Assembly: GCA_045543795.1 (NCBI GenBank)
Contig: JAZPXV010000015.1
Span: forward strand, 22,953 to 86,952
Length of the DNA: 64,000 nucleotides
DNA from: Tidjanibacter sp.
GTDB lineage: Bacteria; Bacteroidota; Bacteroidia; Bacteroidales; Rikenellaceae
Direction of reading: 5' to 3'
In this document: piece by piece, positions 1-7,803 of the stretch
How the letters are laid out: every line of letters starts with the position of its first letter
How positions within the stretch are numbered: the stretch's first letter is position 1
Notes under the pieces: generated by a model
The model's input: the letters and a program-made list of their open reading frames with translations, nothing else
The model's database searches: none
What the model was told of the DNA's origin: nothing
Position numbers and translations under genes: made by a program

Positions 1-639
1 CCTGCACTGGCAGTTCCCTACAACCTTTTCTCGGCTCGCAGCCAGATTTCCAACGCAACCTCGTTGGCCAACTCGTCGAGCAAGGTTATCTCTAACGTAA
101 ACTATGAGGGCTACACCGTCGACAGCGAGGGTTGCATCAACTTTGCCGTGCTGGGCAAGATTGAGGTTGCAGGCCTCACTCGCGAGCAGGTAGCCGCCAA
201 GATTCAGGCACTGTTGGTTGACAAGATGCCCGACCCTGTGGTTACCGTTACCATCGTCAACTTCTACGTTACCGTCATTGGTGAGGTTAACCGCCCTGGC
301 ACCTACAACTTCCCTGGCGACAGGCTCACCCTGCTCGAGGCTATCGGCTTTGCAGGCGACCTGACCGTCTATGGCGAGAGGAGCAAGGTGATGGTCATCC
401 GCGAGGAGGCCGAGGGTAGGCATGTAGAGATTCTCGACCTCAAGTCGAAAAACATCTTCGCGTCGCCCTACTTCTACCTCAAGCAGAACGATGTTGTATA
501 CGTCGAGCCCGTAGGCGCAAAGGCCAAGAGTGTTTCGACCTTCACCACCTACTTCCCCATCATCACCTCGCTGGCATCGCTCGGTACCAGCATTGCCATG
601 ATGATCTATTATGTAACCTATGCATCACGTCTGAGATAA
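1..639 (+). CDS. Polysaccharide export protein, Wza-like (Poly_export/SLBB); the 5' end lies outside the window
   Basis: Frame 1 is open from nt 1, with no stop before the TTG listed at 64. The product has an SLBB-type core (GKIEVAGLTREQVAAKIQ, VTVIGEVNRPGTY, NDVVYVEP) and a C-terminal hydrophobic segment. It sits directly upstream of a Wzc-type kinase. Confidence 0.8.
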   Translation, partial: PALAVPYNLFSARSQISNATSLANSSSKVISNVNYEGYTVDSEGCINFAVLGKIEVAGLTREQVAAKIQALLVDKMPDPVVTVTIVNFYVTVIGEVNRPGTYNFPGDRLTLLEAIGFAGDLTVYGERSKVMVIREEAEGRHVEILDLKSKNIFASPYFYLKQNDVVYVEPVGAKAKSVSTFTTYFPIITSLASLGTSIAMMIYYVTYASRLR

Positions 640-660
640 TAATTAAAACTACGATAAATA

Positions 661-3150
661 ATGGAAAACATTAACTATCAACAAAATCCCCAGGGCCCAC
701 AGGGTGGTCAGGAGGAGCAGGGAACCGAGATTTCGCTCAGGTCTATCTGGTCATTCTTCATCAACAACTGGCTCTGGTTTGGCATTTCGGTATTTGGTTG
801 CCTCTGCTTGGGCTTCCTCTACTGCAAGGTTTCGCCCAAAATCTACTCGTCGTCGGCAGTTATCTATGTTGATGAGAACGCTTCGCGTAGTGTTAAGTCT
901 GACGTAACCTCGATGACCAACCTGCGTATGATGCGCCAGACATCGGTGGTCGATAACGAGTCGGCAATTCTGCGCTCGTACACCCTGATGGAGAAGGTTG
1001 TCAAGAACCTCAACGCTAACATCTGCTACTCGGTGCAGGCCAAACTGCGCAAGGTGGAGATTTACGGCCCTTCGGCTCCCGTAGAGGTGGCGGTTGACTC
1101 GCTCAAATACCCCTTTGCACTCGAGCTGCAACTCAACGGCAACGACCTGACAGGTAAGATTAAATATCGCACCCCAGGTAGCCGCAAAGATAGCGAGCAG
1201 AAGTTTGAGGTGGCCTATGGTTCGCCCGTAGTGAGCGAGGCTGGTATCTTCCGTGTGCTGGCCAACGACAATCTGGCCGAGGCTACAAAGAAGGACAACC
1301 GCCTCTTTGTTAAAGTTTCAAGGCCCAGTGGCTATGCCAGGGCTCTGCAGGCCAACCTGTCGGTAGCTCCTACCAGCAAGACCACCAGTCTTATCAACGT
1401 GAGCATGAAGAGCCCTGTGGCTCAGAAGGCTGCCGACCTGGTTAACGAGCTGATTTACGTCTACAACGAGGATGCCAAAGAGGGTGAGCGTGCTGTTGCT
1501 CGCGCCACTATGGAGTTCGTAGACGAGCGCTTGGGCGTAGTTGGTGCCGACCTCGAGAGCGTAGATACCGAGGTTGAGTCGTACCGCAAGAAGAGCCGCT
1601 CAGTTAACTCGACAGCCGAGGGTAGCCTCTACTTGCAGACCGCCAACAAGCTCGAGGAGGAGGCTGTGAAGATTGAGACCCAGAAAGTGCTGCTGAACGA
1701 CATCCTCAACTCGGTCAACAAGACTATGGGCAAGGTTGAGCTGATTGCCAACCTGGGCCTGGAGGATGGCTCGCTCAATGGCCTTATTTCTGACTACAAC
1801 AACTCGGTACTGGAGTACAAGATGATGGGTGGCGACCAGAAGTTGAGCAACCCCTCGGTAGCCAATGTTCGCGACAGGGTTTTTGCGCTGCAGGCACTGC
1901 TGCCCCAGTCAATTGCCAACCTGCGCACCTCGCTCGAGTTGCAGTTGCGCTCGGTTGAGAAACAGATTGCCGAGAATAGGTCGAAAGTTAGCGACCTGCC
2001 CACTATCGAGAAGGAGGCACAGTCGATCTTGAGGGATCAGGAGATTAAGGTGGGTATCTACTCGTTCCTGCTGAACAAGCGCGAGGAGACCAGCCTTAAG
2101 CTTGCCACCACCGCACCCATTTCGCGTATTATCGACCCTGCAATGGCTGCATCAGCTCCCATTTCGCCCCGTACTATGATGATTATGTTGCTGGCCTTGA
2201 TTGTCGGCTTTGTAATTCCCGTAGTGGTTATTTTGGTTGCCGAGGCTCTGCGCAATAAGATCTACTCGGTCGAGGAGGTTGAGAGCGAGATTGGCTCGGT
2301 AGTGTCGATTGTAGGTGCAATTCCCTCGAAGGAGGACAAGAAGAGCAACGACATTCTGGTTACCCCCAATAGCCGCGACGCTATTGCCGAGGCATTCCGT
2401 ATGGTGCGTACCAATATCGACTTTATGATGCCCGAGGGCGGCAAGGTGCTGATGGTAACATCGACCATTCCTCACGAGGGTAAGACCACAGTAGCCCTGA
2501 ACGTAGCCCTTTCGTTTGCCATCACTGGCAAGAAAGTTATCGTTGTGGATATGGACTTGCGCAAGGGCTCGATGGAGCAGCGTATTGGCGACGAGCACCA
2601 CACCTTTGGCGTGGTAAACTACCTGGTGGGCAAAGAGAGCAATATCGACAACCTTATTGTTAGGGATTGCTTGCACGATGTTGATGCTCTGTTTGTGGGT
2701 ACCATTCCTCCCAACCCTGCCGAGTTGATTATGCGTCCCCAGCTTGACGAGTTGTTTGCTGAGTTGCGCAAGAGGTACGACTATGTGATTGTCGATACCG
2801 CACCTATCGCACTGGTTACCGATACTATGGTTGCCAACCGCGTAGCCGATATGACTCTCTACTGTATGCGTATGGGCCACACCGAGAAGATGAGCTTCGA
2901 GACCGTCAAGGCTATTGCTGGCCGTAAGAGCCTGAAGAATATGGGTATCGTGATGTCTGACGTAGGCGTTGAGACCATCTACTATGGTGGCGAGAAACGC
3001 AAACAGACCTACGGTTATGGCTATGGTTACGGCTACGGCTACGGTTATGGCTATGGTTATGGCTACGGTTATGGCTACGGCCACGGCAAGGACGGCAAGA
3101 AGAACAGGTACAAAGGCCTGCTCGGTAAGTTGTTCAAAAAGAAAAAATAA
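661..3150 (+). CDS. Wzc-type protein: polysaccharide co-polymerase (chain-length determinant) fused to a bacterial tyrosine autokinase (BY-kinase)
   Basis: 829 aa. Two TM segments (WLWFGISVFGCLCLGFLY and MMIMLLALIVGFVIPVVVILV) flank a long coiled region. Motifs: Walker A TSTIPHEGKTTVALN, VVDMDLRKG, Walker B YVIVDTAP, and a C-terminal tyrosine cluster. Confidence 0.9.
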   Translation: MENINYQQNPQGPQGGQEEQGTEISLRSIWSFFINNWLWFGISVFGCLCLGFLYCKVSPKIYSSSAVIYVDENASRSVKSDVTSMTNLRMMRQTSVVDNESAILRSYTLMEKVVKNLNANICYSVQAKLRKVEIYGPSAPVEVAVDSLKYPFALELQLNGNDLTGKIKYRTPGSRKDSEQKFEVAYGSPVVSEAGIFRVLANDNLAEATKKDNRLFVKVSRPSGYARALQANLSVAPTSKTTSLINVSMKSPVAQKAADLVNELIYVYNEDAKEGERAVARATMEFVDERLGVVGADLESVDTEVESYRKKSRSVNSTAEGSLYLQTANKLEEEAVKIETQKVLLNDILNSVNKTMGKVELIANLGLEDGSLNGLISDYNNSVLEYKMMGGDQKLSNPSVANVRDRVFALQALLPQSIANLRTSLELQLRSVEKQIAENRSKVSDLPTIEKEAQSILRDQEIKVGIYSFLLNKREETSLKLATTAPISRIIDPAMAASAPISPRTMMIMLLALIVGFVIPVVVILVAEALRNKIYSVEEVESEIGSVVSIVGAIPSKEDKKSNDILVTPNSRDAIAEAFRMVRTNIDFMMPEGGKVLMVTSTIPHEGKTTVALNVALSFAITGKKVIVVDMDLRKGSMEQRIGDEHHTFGVVNYLVGKESNIDNLIVRDCLHDVDALFVGTIPPNPAELIMRPQLDELFAELRKRYDYVIVDTAPIALVTDTMVANRVADMTLYCMRMGHTEKMSFETVKAIAGRKSLKNMGIVMSDVGVETIYYGGEKRKQTYGYGYGYGYGYGYGYGYGYGYGYGHGKDGKKNRYKGLLGKLFKKKK
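3010..3087 (+). repeat. In-frame (Tyr-Gly)12 + His-Gly coding repeat forming the kinase tyrosine cluster
   Basis: Read directly: tacggt tatggc tatggt tacggc tacggc tacggt tatggc tatggt tatggc tacggt tatggc tacggc cacggc. Synonymous codons are shuffled, so the DNA repeat is imperfect. Confidence 0.95.
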
Positions 3151-3201
3151 CTATTGGTCAAAAAAAGTTGCCAAAAGTGTTGTAATAAAAAAATAATGCT
3201 A

Positions 3202-3209
3202 TAACTTTG
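3202..3209 (+). promoter_or_regulatory. Bacteroidetes -7 promoter element (TAacTTTG) upstream of the small histone-like gene
   Basis: Matches the TAnnTTTG consensus, 48 nt upstream of the ATG at 3257. Confidence 0.5.
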
Positions 3210-3256
3210 CAAATGACCTAAACATCATAAACACACATCATTAAACTTCAATTACT

Positions 3257-3430
3257 ATGCAAAATTTGGTAGAGAAAATCAACGCTCAGATTGAGCAGTT
3301 CCAGGTAAATGCAAAACTCCAGGTTGAGAAAGGCAACAAAGCTGCTGGCACCCGTGCTCGTAAAGCTGCTTTGGAGGTATCGAAACTGATGAAGGAGTTC
3401 CGTAAAGCATCGGTAGAGGCTGCTAAATAA
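3257..3430 (+). CDS. Small basic histone H1/Hc1-like DNA-binding protein (57 aa); below the size cutoff of the supplied ORF track
   Basis: My translation: MQNLVEKINAQIEQFQVNAKLQVEKGNKAAGTRARKAALEVSKLMKEFRKASVEAAK. The KGNKAAGTRARKA...KEFRK core resembles the Bacteroidales 'histone H1' family. It has its own -7 box and a strong terminator. Confidence 0.7.
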   Translation: MQNLVEKINAQIEQFQVNAKLQVEKGNKAAGTRARKAALEVSKLMKEFRKASVEAAK

Positions 3431-3458
3431 TCGGCCAACCGACCTTTAAGGATTCTAT

Positions 3459-3496
3459 GAGGGCCGCACTGATTCGACAGTGCGGCCCTCTTGTTA
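3459..3496 (+). terminator. Rho-independent terminator after the histone-like gene
   Basis: 13-bp perfect stem GAGGGCCGCACTG / CAGTGCGGCCCTC with loop ATTCGA, followed by TTGTTAT. Confidence 0.7.
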
Positions 3497-3523
3497 TATA
3501 GGCAGAAGTATTAAAACCGCTAA

Positions 3524-4027
3524 TCAAGCCGTTAGTCGCAGCAGACTATCGAGCGAGAACCTGCCAGCCCCCACTATGAGCAGAAAGATGTATATGCCAG
3601 CATAGACAACGTGTAGCTCGGCCTGGGCAAAGGTCTGCCCTGGGAAGAATAGAAAGGCTGCGCCAAACATCACAACGACCATAACTGCGGAGGCGACGCG
3701 CGTAAAGAGCCCTATTGCCAGTAGCACCCCTGCGCCAAGCTCGAGTAGCCCCACGATGGTGACCACCTGGTCGGATGTGATGCCCCAAATCGAGGGGTAC
3801 TGGTTCTCGATTAATAGGTAGTCTTGCGACTTGGTTATGGCCTGCGTAAAGAGTAGTGTGGCGACAAACAGGCGCAGAAAGAGCACACCTCGGTCGGCCG
3901 TAAGGAGCCGTGGCGAGGGGGTATCAACGGGTGCAGATGCAGGAGTGGATGCAGAAGCAGATGCAGGAGTGGGGGCGGATGTAGGGGCAACGGAGCCCCT
4001 CTTCTTGTTTTTAGTGTTGGCTGTCAT
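3524..4027 (-). CDS. DoxX family membrane protein
   Basis: Four hydrophobic helices typical of DoxX follow an Ala/Ser/Pro-rich N-terminus. I prefer the internal start MTANTKNKK (ATG at 4027) over the ORF-track start at 4084. Confidence 0.6.
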   Translation of the reverse strand: MTANTKNKKRGSVAPTSAPTPASASASTPASAPVDTPSPRLLTADRGVLFLRLFVATLLFTQAITKSQDYLLIENQYPSIWGITSDQVVTIVGLLELGAGVLLAIGLFTRVASAVMVVVMFGAAFLFFPGQTFAQAELHVVYAGIYIFLLIVGAGRFSLDSLLRLTA

Positions 4028-4115
4028 AATAGAGAGAATAGAGGTTGCTTTTTGACTCTGCAAAAAGCAACCTCTATGCCACAACTATTATATAAATAAT
4101 AATAGGTATAAACTC

Positions 4116-4583
4116 CTATCGGCTCAATTTGTCGAGCAACACCTGACACCCCTCTTCGAGCATATCGAGTACCAGCTCAAAACCATCGGCCCCTTCGTAG
4201 TAGGGGTCGGGCACATAGTCGTAGCCAAAGTGGGCGGGGATGTAGTCGGCCATACGCTCGAGCTTCTGTAACCCCTCGACAGTGGGCGACAGACGGCTCA
4301 GGCTCTCGTATACCGAGTCGTCCATAGCCAGTAGCAGGTCGAAATGGTCGAAGTCGTCGGCCCTAACCTTGCGACTGCGGTGGGTGAAGTTGTAGCCGCG
4401 ACGCTTGCCTGCCGCCCTCATTCGTGGGTCGGGCAGGTCGCCAGCGTGTCCGCCGTAGGTGCCTGCCGAGTCGACCACAAATTGGTCGGCAAGCCCTTTG
4501 CGGATGGTCAGTTGGCGAAAAATCTCATCGGCTGCCGACGAGCGGCAAATGTTGCCGAGGCATACGAAAAGTACTTTCTTCAT
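4116..4583 (-). CDS. Low-molecular-weight protein-tyrosine phosphatase
   Basis: 155 aa with N-terminal P-loop VCLGNICRS (CX5R-S) and a DPYY motif near the C-terminus. It is the cognate class for a BY-kinase. Confidence 0.9.
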   Translation of the reverse strand: MKKVLFVCLGNICRSSAADEIFRQLTIRKGLADQFVVDSAGTYGGHAGDLPDPRMRAAGKRRGYNFTHRSRKVRADDFDHFDLLLAMDDSVYESLSRLSPTVEGLQKLERMADYIPAHFGYDYVPDPYYEGADGFELVLDMLEEGCQVLLDKLSR

Positions 4584-4731
4584 AATTACATCACAAGTTG
4601 GTTCTATTCAAAGTTGTATAACAAGAGCTAATTTTAGGCGCACAAAGCTCGAAAAAGCGGAGTTTACTCGTTAGTAAATGAGCATTTTTCAGAGCGAGTG
4701 CAACGACAAAGTAGCCTTGTTAGACAGCTTT

Positions 4732-5931
4732 TTATCGTATTGTTCCTGGGTAGACCTTCAGTGCCTCACGCAATATCTCGCACGATGCCAGCAGGTCCTC
4801 CTTGCAGAGCACATAGGCCAGTCGAGCCTCTTGCTTACCCTTGCCAGCCGTAGCATAGAAACCCTGGGCAGGGGCTATCTGCACTGTGGCCCCTTTGTAC
4901 GAAAACTCCTCGAGCAGCCAGCAGGCAAACTTATGGCAGTCATCTACGGGAAAGCGTGCAATGGTGTAGAACGCCCCCTGGGGCAGTGGCGAGTAGACAC
5001 CCTCAATCTTATTCAGCTCGCTCACCAGACAGTTGCGGCGCGAGGTATACTCGGCCACCACATCATCGAAGTAGCTCTGCGGAGCATCATAGGCTGCCGA
5101 GGCGGCAATCTGGGCCAAGAATGGAGGCGACAGACGTGCCTGGGCCAAGCGCAGGGCAGCGGCTATAACATCTTTGTTGCGGCTAACAATGTTACCCAAC
5201 CTTACGCCACACATACTAAAGCGCTTCGACACCGAGTCGATAACCACCACATTCTCGTCAATCCCCTTGAGCGAGAGGGCCGACACCTGCTTGGTGCCAT
5301 CGTAGCAAAACTCGCGGTAGACCTCGTCGCTGATGAGGAACAGGTGGTAGTGGCTCACCAAGTCGGCCAACATCTTCATCTCCTTCTCGGTGTAGAGGTG
5401 GCCCGTAGGGTTGTTGGGATTGCAAATCAGAATGGCTTTGGTGCGCGGAGTGATGCGTTTTACAAACTCCTCTACGGGGGGCAGCGCAAAGTCGTTGTCG
5501 ATGGTGCTGGGCACAGGTACCAGTATGGTGTCGTAGCTTGCAGCAAAGGTGTTGTAGTTGGCATAGAAGGGCTCGGGCACCAGAATCTCCTCGCCAGGGT
5601 TGGCACACACCAGCATAGCCATCTGGGCCGCCTCGGTGCCGCCGAGGGTAACTATCAGGTCGTCGATATCGAGCTTGATATTGTTCTTGCGATAATAGTC
5701 AATCAGCTTTTGGCGATAGGGCAACAAGCCTGCCGAGTGCGAATAGGGAAAGATTGTGTCTTGTACGCCCTGCACAGCCTTGAGGGCCTCGGCAGGGGTT
5801 TGGATGTCGGGTTGGCCAATGTTAAGTTTGTAGATTTTTGTGCCACGGGCGGCTGCGGCCTCGGCCAGCGGAACGAGCTGGCGGATGGGCGAGATGGGCA
5901 ACGTGTGGCTCTTGGCGGAGATTTTCAACAT
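4732..5931 (-). CDS. PLP-dependent aminotransferase, class I/II (aspartate aminotransferase-like)
   Basis: 399 aa with NPNNPTG and SVSKRFSMCGVRLG (PLP lysine) motifs. Confidence 0.85.
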   Translation of the reverse strand: MLKISAKSHTLPISPIRQLVPLAEAAAARGTKIYKLNIGQPDIQTPAEALKAVQGVQDTIFPYSHSAGLLPYRQKLIDYYRKNNIKLDIDDLIVTLGGTEAAQMAMLVCANPGEEILVPEPFYANYNTFAASYDTILVPVPSTIDNDFALPPVEEFVKRITPRTKAILICNPNNPTGHLYTEKEMKMLADLVSHYHLFLISDEVYREFCYDGTKQVSALSLKGIDENVVVIDSVSKRFSMCGVRLGNIVSRNKDVIAAALRLAQARLSPPFLAQIAASAAYDAPQSYFDDVVAEYTSRRNCLVSELNKIEGVYSPLPQGAFYTIARFPVDDCHKFACWLLEEFSYKGATVQIAPAQGFYATAGKGKQEARLAYVLCKEDLLASCEILREALKVYPGTIR

Positions 5932-6036
5932 AGCCGTAGAGTTTTAAGATTGATATATATTTTGTGCGATTTTGCCAAAAAAAGTTGCTTGCCTTGTAAA
6001 AATATCACATTTATGGCAAAAAAACAAAAAAAAGAT

Positions 6037-6044
6037 TACATTTG
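6037..6044 (+). promoter_or_regulatory. -7 promoter element (TAcaTTTG) upstream of mscL
   Basis: TAnnTTTG match 48 nt upstream of the ATG at 6092. Confidence 0.45.
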
Positions 6045-6091
6045 TGGTAAGAAAACTTTTTTACACACTAATCCACTAAAACTTTTTAACT

Positions 6092-6523
6092 ATGTCATTT
6101 TTGTCCGAATTCAAGAAATTTGCGCTCAAAGGTAACGTCGTAGATATGGCAGTCGGTGTTATCATTGGTGGTGCATTTGGTAAGATTGTAACCTCGTTGG
6201 TTAACGATGTTATTATGCCTCCTCTGGGTATGCTTATTGGCAAGGTAAACTTTACCGACCTGGCCCTGAACTTGGGTAGTGCCGAGGCTCCCGTAATGTG
6301 GAAATATGGTGCATTCTTGCAGCAGGTATTCGACTTCCTGATTGTTGCAATGTGTATCTTCTTGCTCATCAAGGGTATCAACCGCCTTTCGGAGCTGACC
6401 AAGAAGAAAGAGGAAGAGGAGGCTGCCGCACCTGCACCTGCTCCTGCTCCTGCACCCGAGCCAGAGCCTACTAAGGAGGAGATTCTGCTGACCGAGATTC
6501 GCGACCTGCTGAAAAACAAATAG
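6092..6523 (+). CDS. mscL: Large-conductance mechanosensitive channel
   Basis: 143 aa. The N-terminus [33 protein letters not shown]...IMPPLG is the canonical MscL signature. The C-terminal linker is [20 protein letters not shown]. Confidence 0.95.
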   Translation: MSFLSEFKKFALKGNVVDMAVGVIIGGAFGKIVTSLVNDVIMPPLGMLIGKVNFTDLALNLGSAEAPVMWKYGAFLQQVFDFLIVAMCIFLLIKGINRLSELTKKKEEEEAAAPAPAPAPAPEPEPTKEEILLTEIRDLLKNK

Positions 6524-6569
6524 TCGTCGGCAGTAGTAAAGATAGAGTTCCAACTCTTTCGACCAAAAA

Positions 6570-6615
6570 CGAGCGAGCCAACCACCCATCATCGGGTAGT
6601 TGGCTCGCTTGGTTT
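6570..6615. terminator. Hairpin between convergent mscL and the lipoprotein gene
   Basis: Stem CGAGCGAGCCAAC / GTTGGCTCGCTTG (one G-T pair) with a 16-nt loop. Confidence 0.45.
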
Positions 6616-6638
6616 GGTATGATTACCGACCCATTTAC

Positions 6639-7526
6639 TTATTCATACTCGTAGCGAACACCAAATATGCACTCAAAGGTTATTTCATTATTGAATGTCA
6701 CTTTAACAGTGTAAAAAACAACATCGGGTTTTTCTTCAAACACCTTTTCACCCATCTTGAAGTAAATCCTACTGGGAGCATAACATTGCATAAGTTCTGT
6801 TCTCCAATCAACCACCTCTGGGAAGTCCTCGTTATACCAATCTAATCGGCCCGTAAGGTCATATAAATCGCCCACATACTCACCATTGGGATAAGAAAAT
6901 AGCATGGGAGACACCGCACTATAAACTTCCCACATATCCATCAAATTACCACCTGGCTCGACACCCCACAAAGTCTGATCGGCAGTGATTTCCAAGTTGG
7001 TAATACGTCCATTGACATAATGTATTTCATACGGAGCATTGAAATAAATACTTCCATCATAGGAGTGCTTAACCATCTCGTTTTGTATATTTGTCATCAC
7101 CTCGCTGTGCTCTTTGCTCCAAGCATCGTAATCGGCCCTCCAACCATCAAGATCTTTTCTACGTGAGTTAAAAGCTATAACCCATCCGACATTTTCAGGG
7201 CTCTTTTTAGATGTGTTTAGTGTTTTCCAAGTTGCAAACATATATGGATCCTGATCTAGGACTAAAACATAAGGTCTGGCAGGTGGTGCTTCATCACACA
7301 AATCATCTCCATTTGTAACTGGTTCTTCGGGCTCTACAGCATCGGCGCTATCGCCACTTGCTGTACCCTCATTAGTGCTTTGCGAATTATCTTCACCTTC
7401 GACTTTGGTTGTCTCGTCGCCTTCTATATTCTGCTCTACCTCGGGGGCACTCACCTCGGGCTGGGGCGCACACGCAACCATGCAGAACATCGCTGCCATA
7501 GCTGCTATTATAAAAATTCGTTTCAT
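6639..7526 (-). CDS. Hypothetical lipoprotein in an AT-rich orphan gene
   Basis: 295 aa with signal peptide plus lipobox (MFCMVAC) and an acidic low-complexity linker. The C-terminal domain has no motif I recognise. The gene is visibly more AT-rich than its flanks. Confidence 0.6.
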   Translation of the reverse strand: MKRIFIIAAMAAMFCMVACAPQPEVSAPEVEQNIEGDETTKVEGEDNSQSTNEGTASGDSADAVEPEEPVTNGDDLCDEAPPARPYVLVLDQDPYMFATWKTLNTSKKSPENVGWVIAFNSRRKDLDGWRADYDAWSKEHSEVMTNIQNEMVKHSYDGSIYFNAPYEIHYVNGRITNLEITADQTLWGVEPGGNLMDMWEVYSAVSPMLFSYPNGEYVGDLYDLTGRLDWYNEDFPEVVDWRTELMQCYAPSRIYFKMGEKVFEEKPDVVFYTVKVTFNNEITFECIFGVRYEYE

Positions 7527-7731
7527 ATATTTATAGAGTATTAAAAATTAAAGTCATAATGGTTTTTGTGAGTGTACACCTTCCCGTTTGCAATATAATA
7601 TATATATATATGCAAAATCCAAATATTTGGCAAGGAAAATTATTGATTTAGAGCAAATTTATTGCTCGGTGGGAATAATTACACACCCCCACTCGACACA
7701 TTGCACATAACGACAAGCACCCCCACCTAAC

Positions 7732-7779
7732 AAAACAAACGACCTCGCCCACTCTTACTTGGGCGAGGTCGTTTGTTTT
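7732..7779. terminator. Bidirectional terminator downstream of mutS2
   Basis: 19-bp perfect stem AAAACAAACGACCTCGCCC / GGGCGAGGTCGTTTGTTTT with a 10-nt loop. Confidence 0.75.
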
Positions 7780-7803
7780 GGTTATGACTGCGAGCGGAGC
7801 GCG

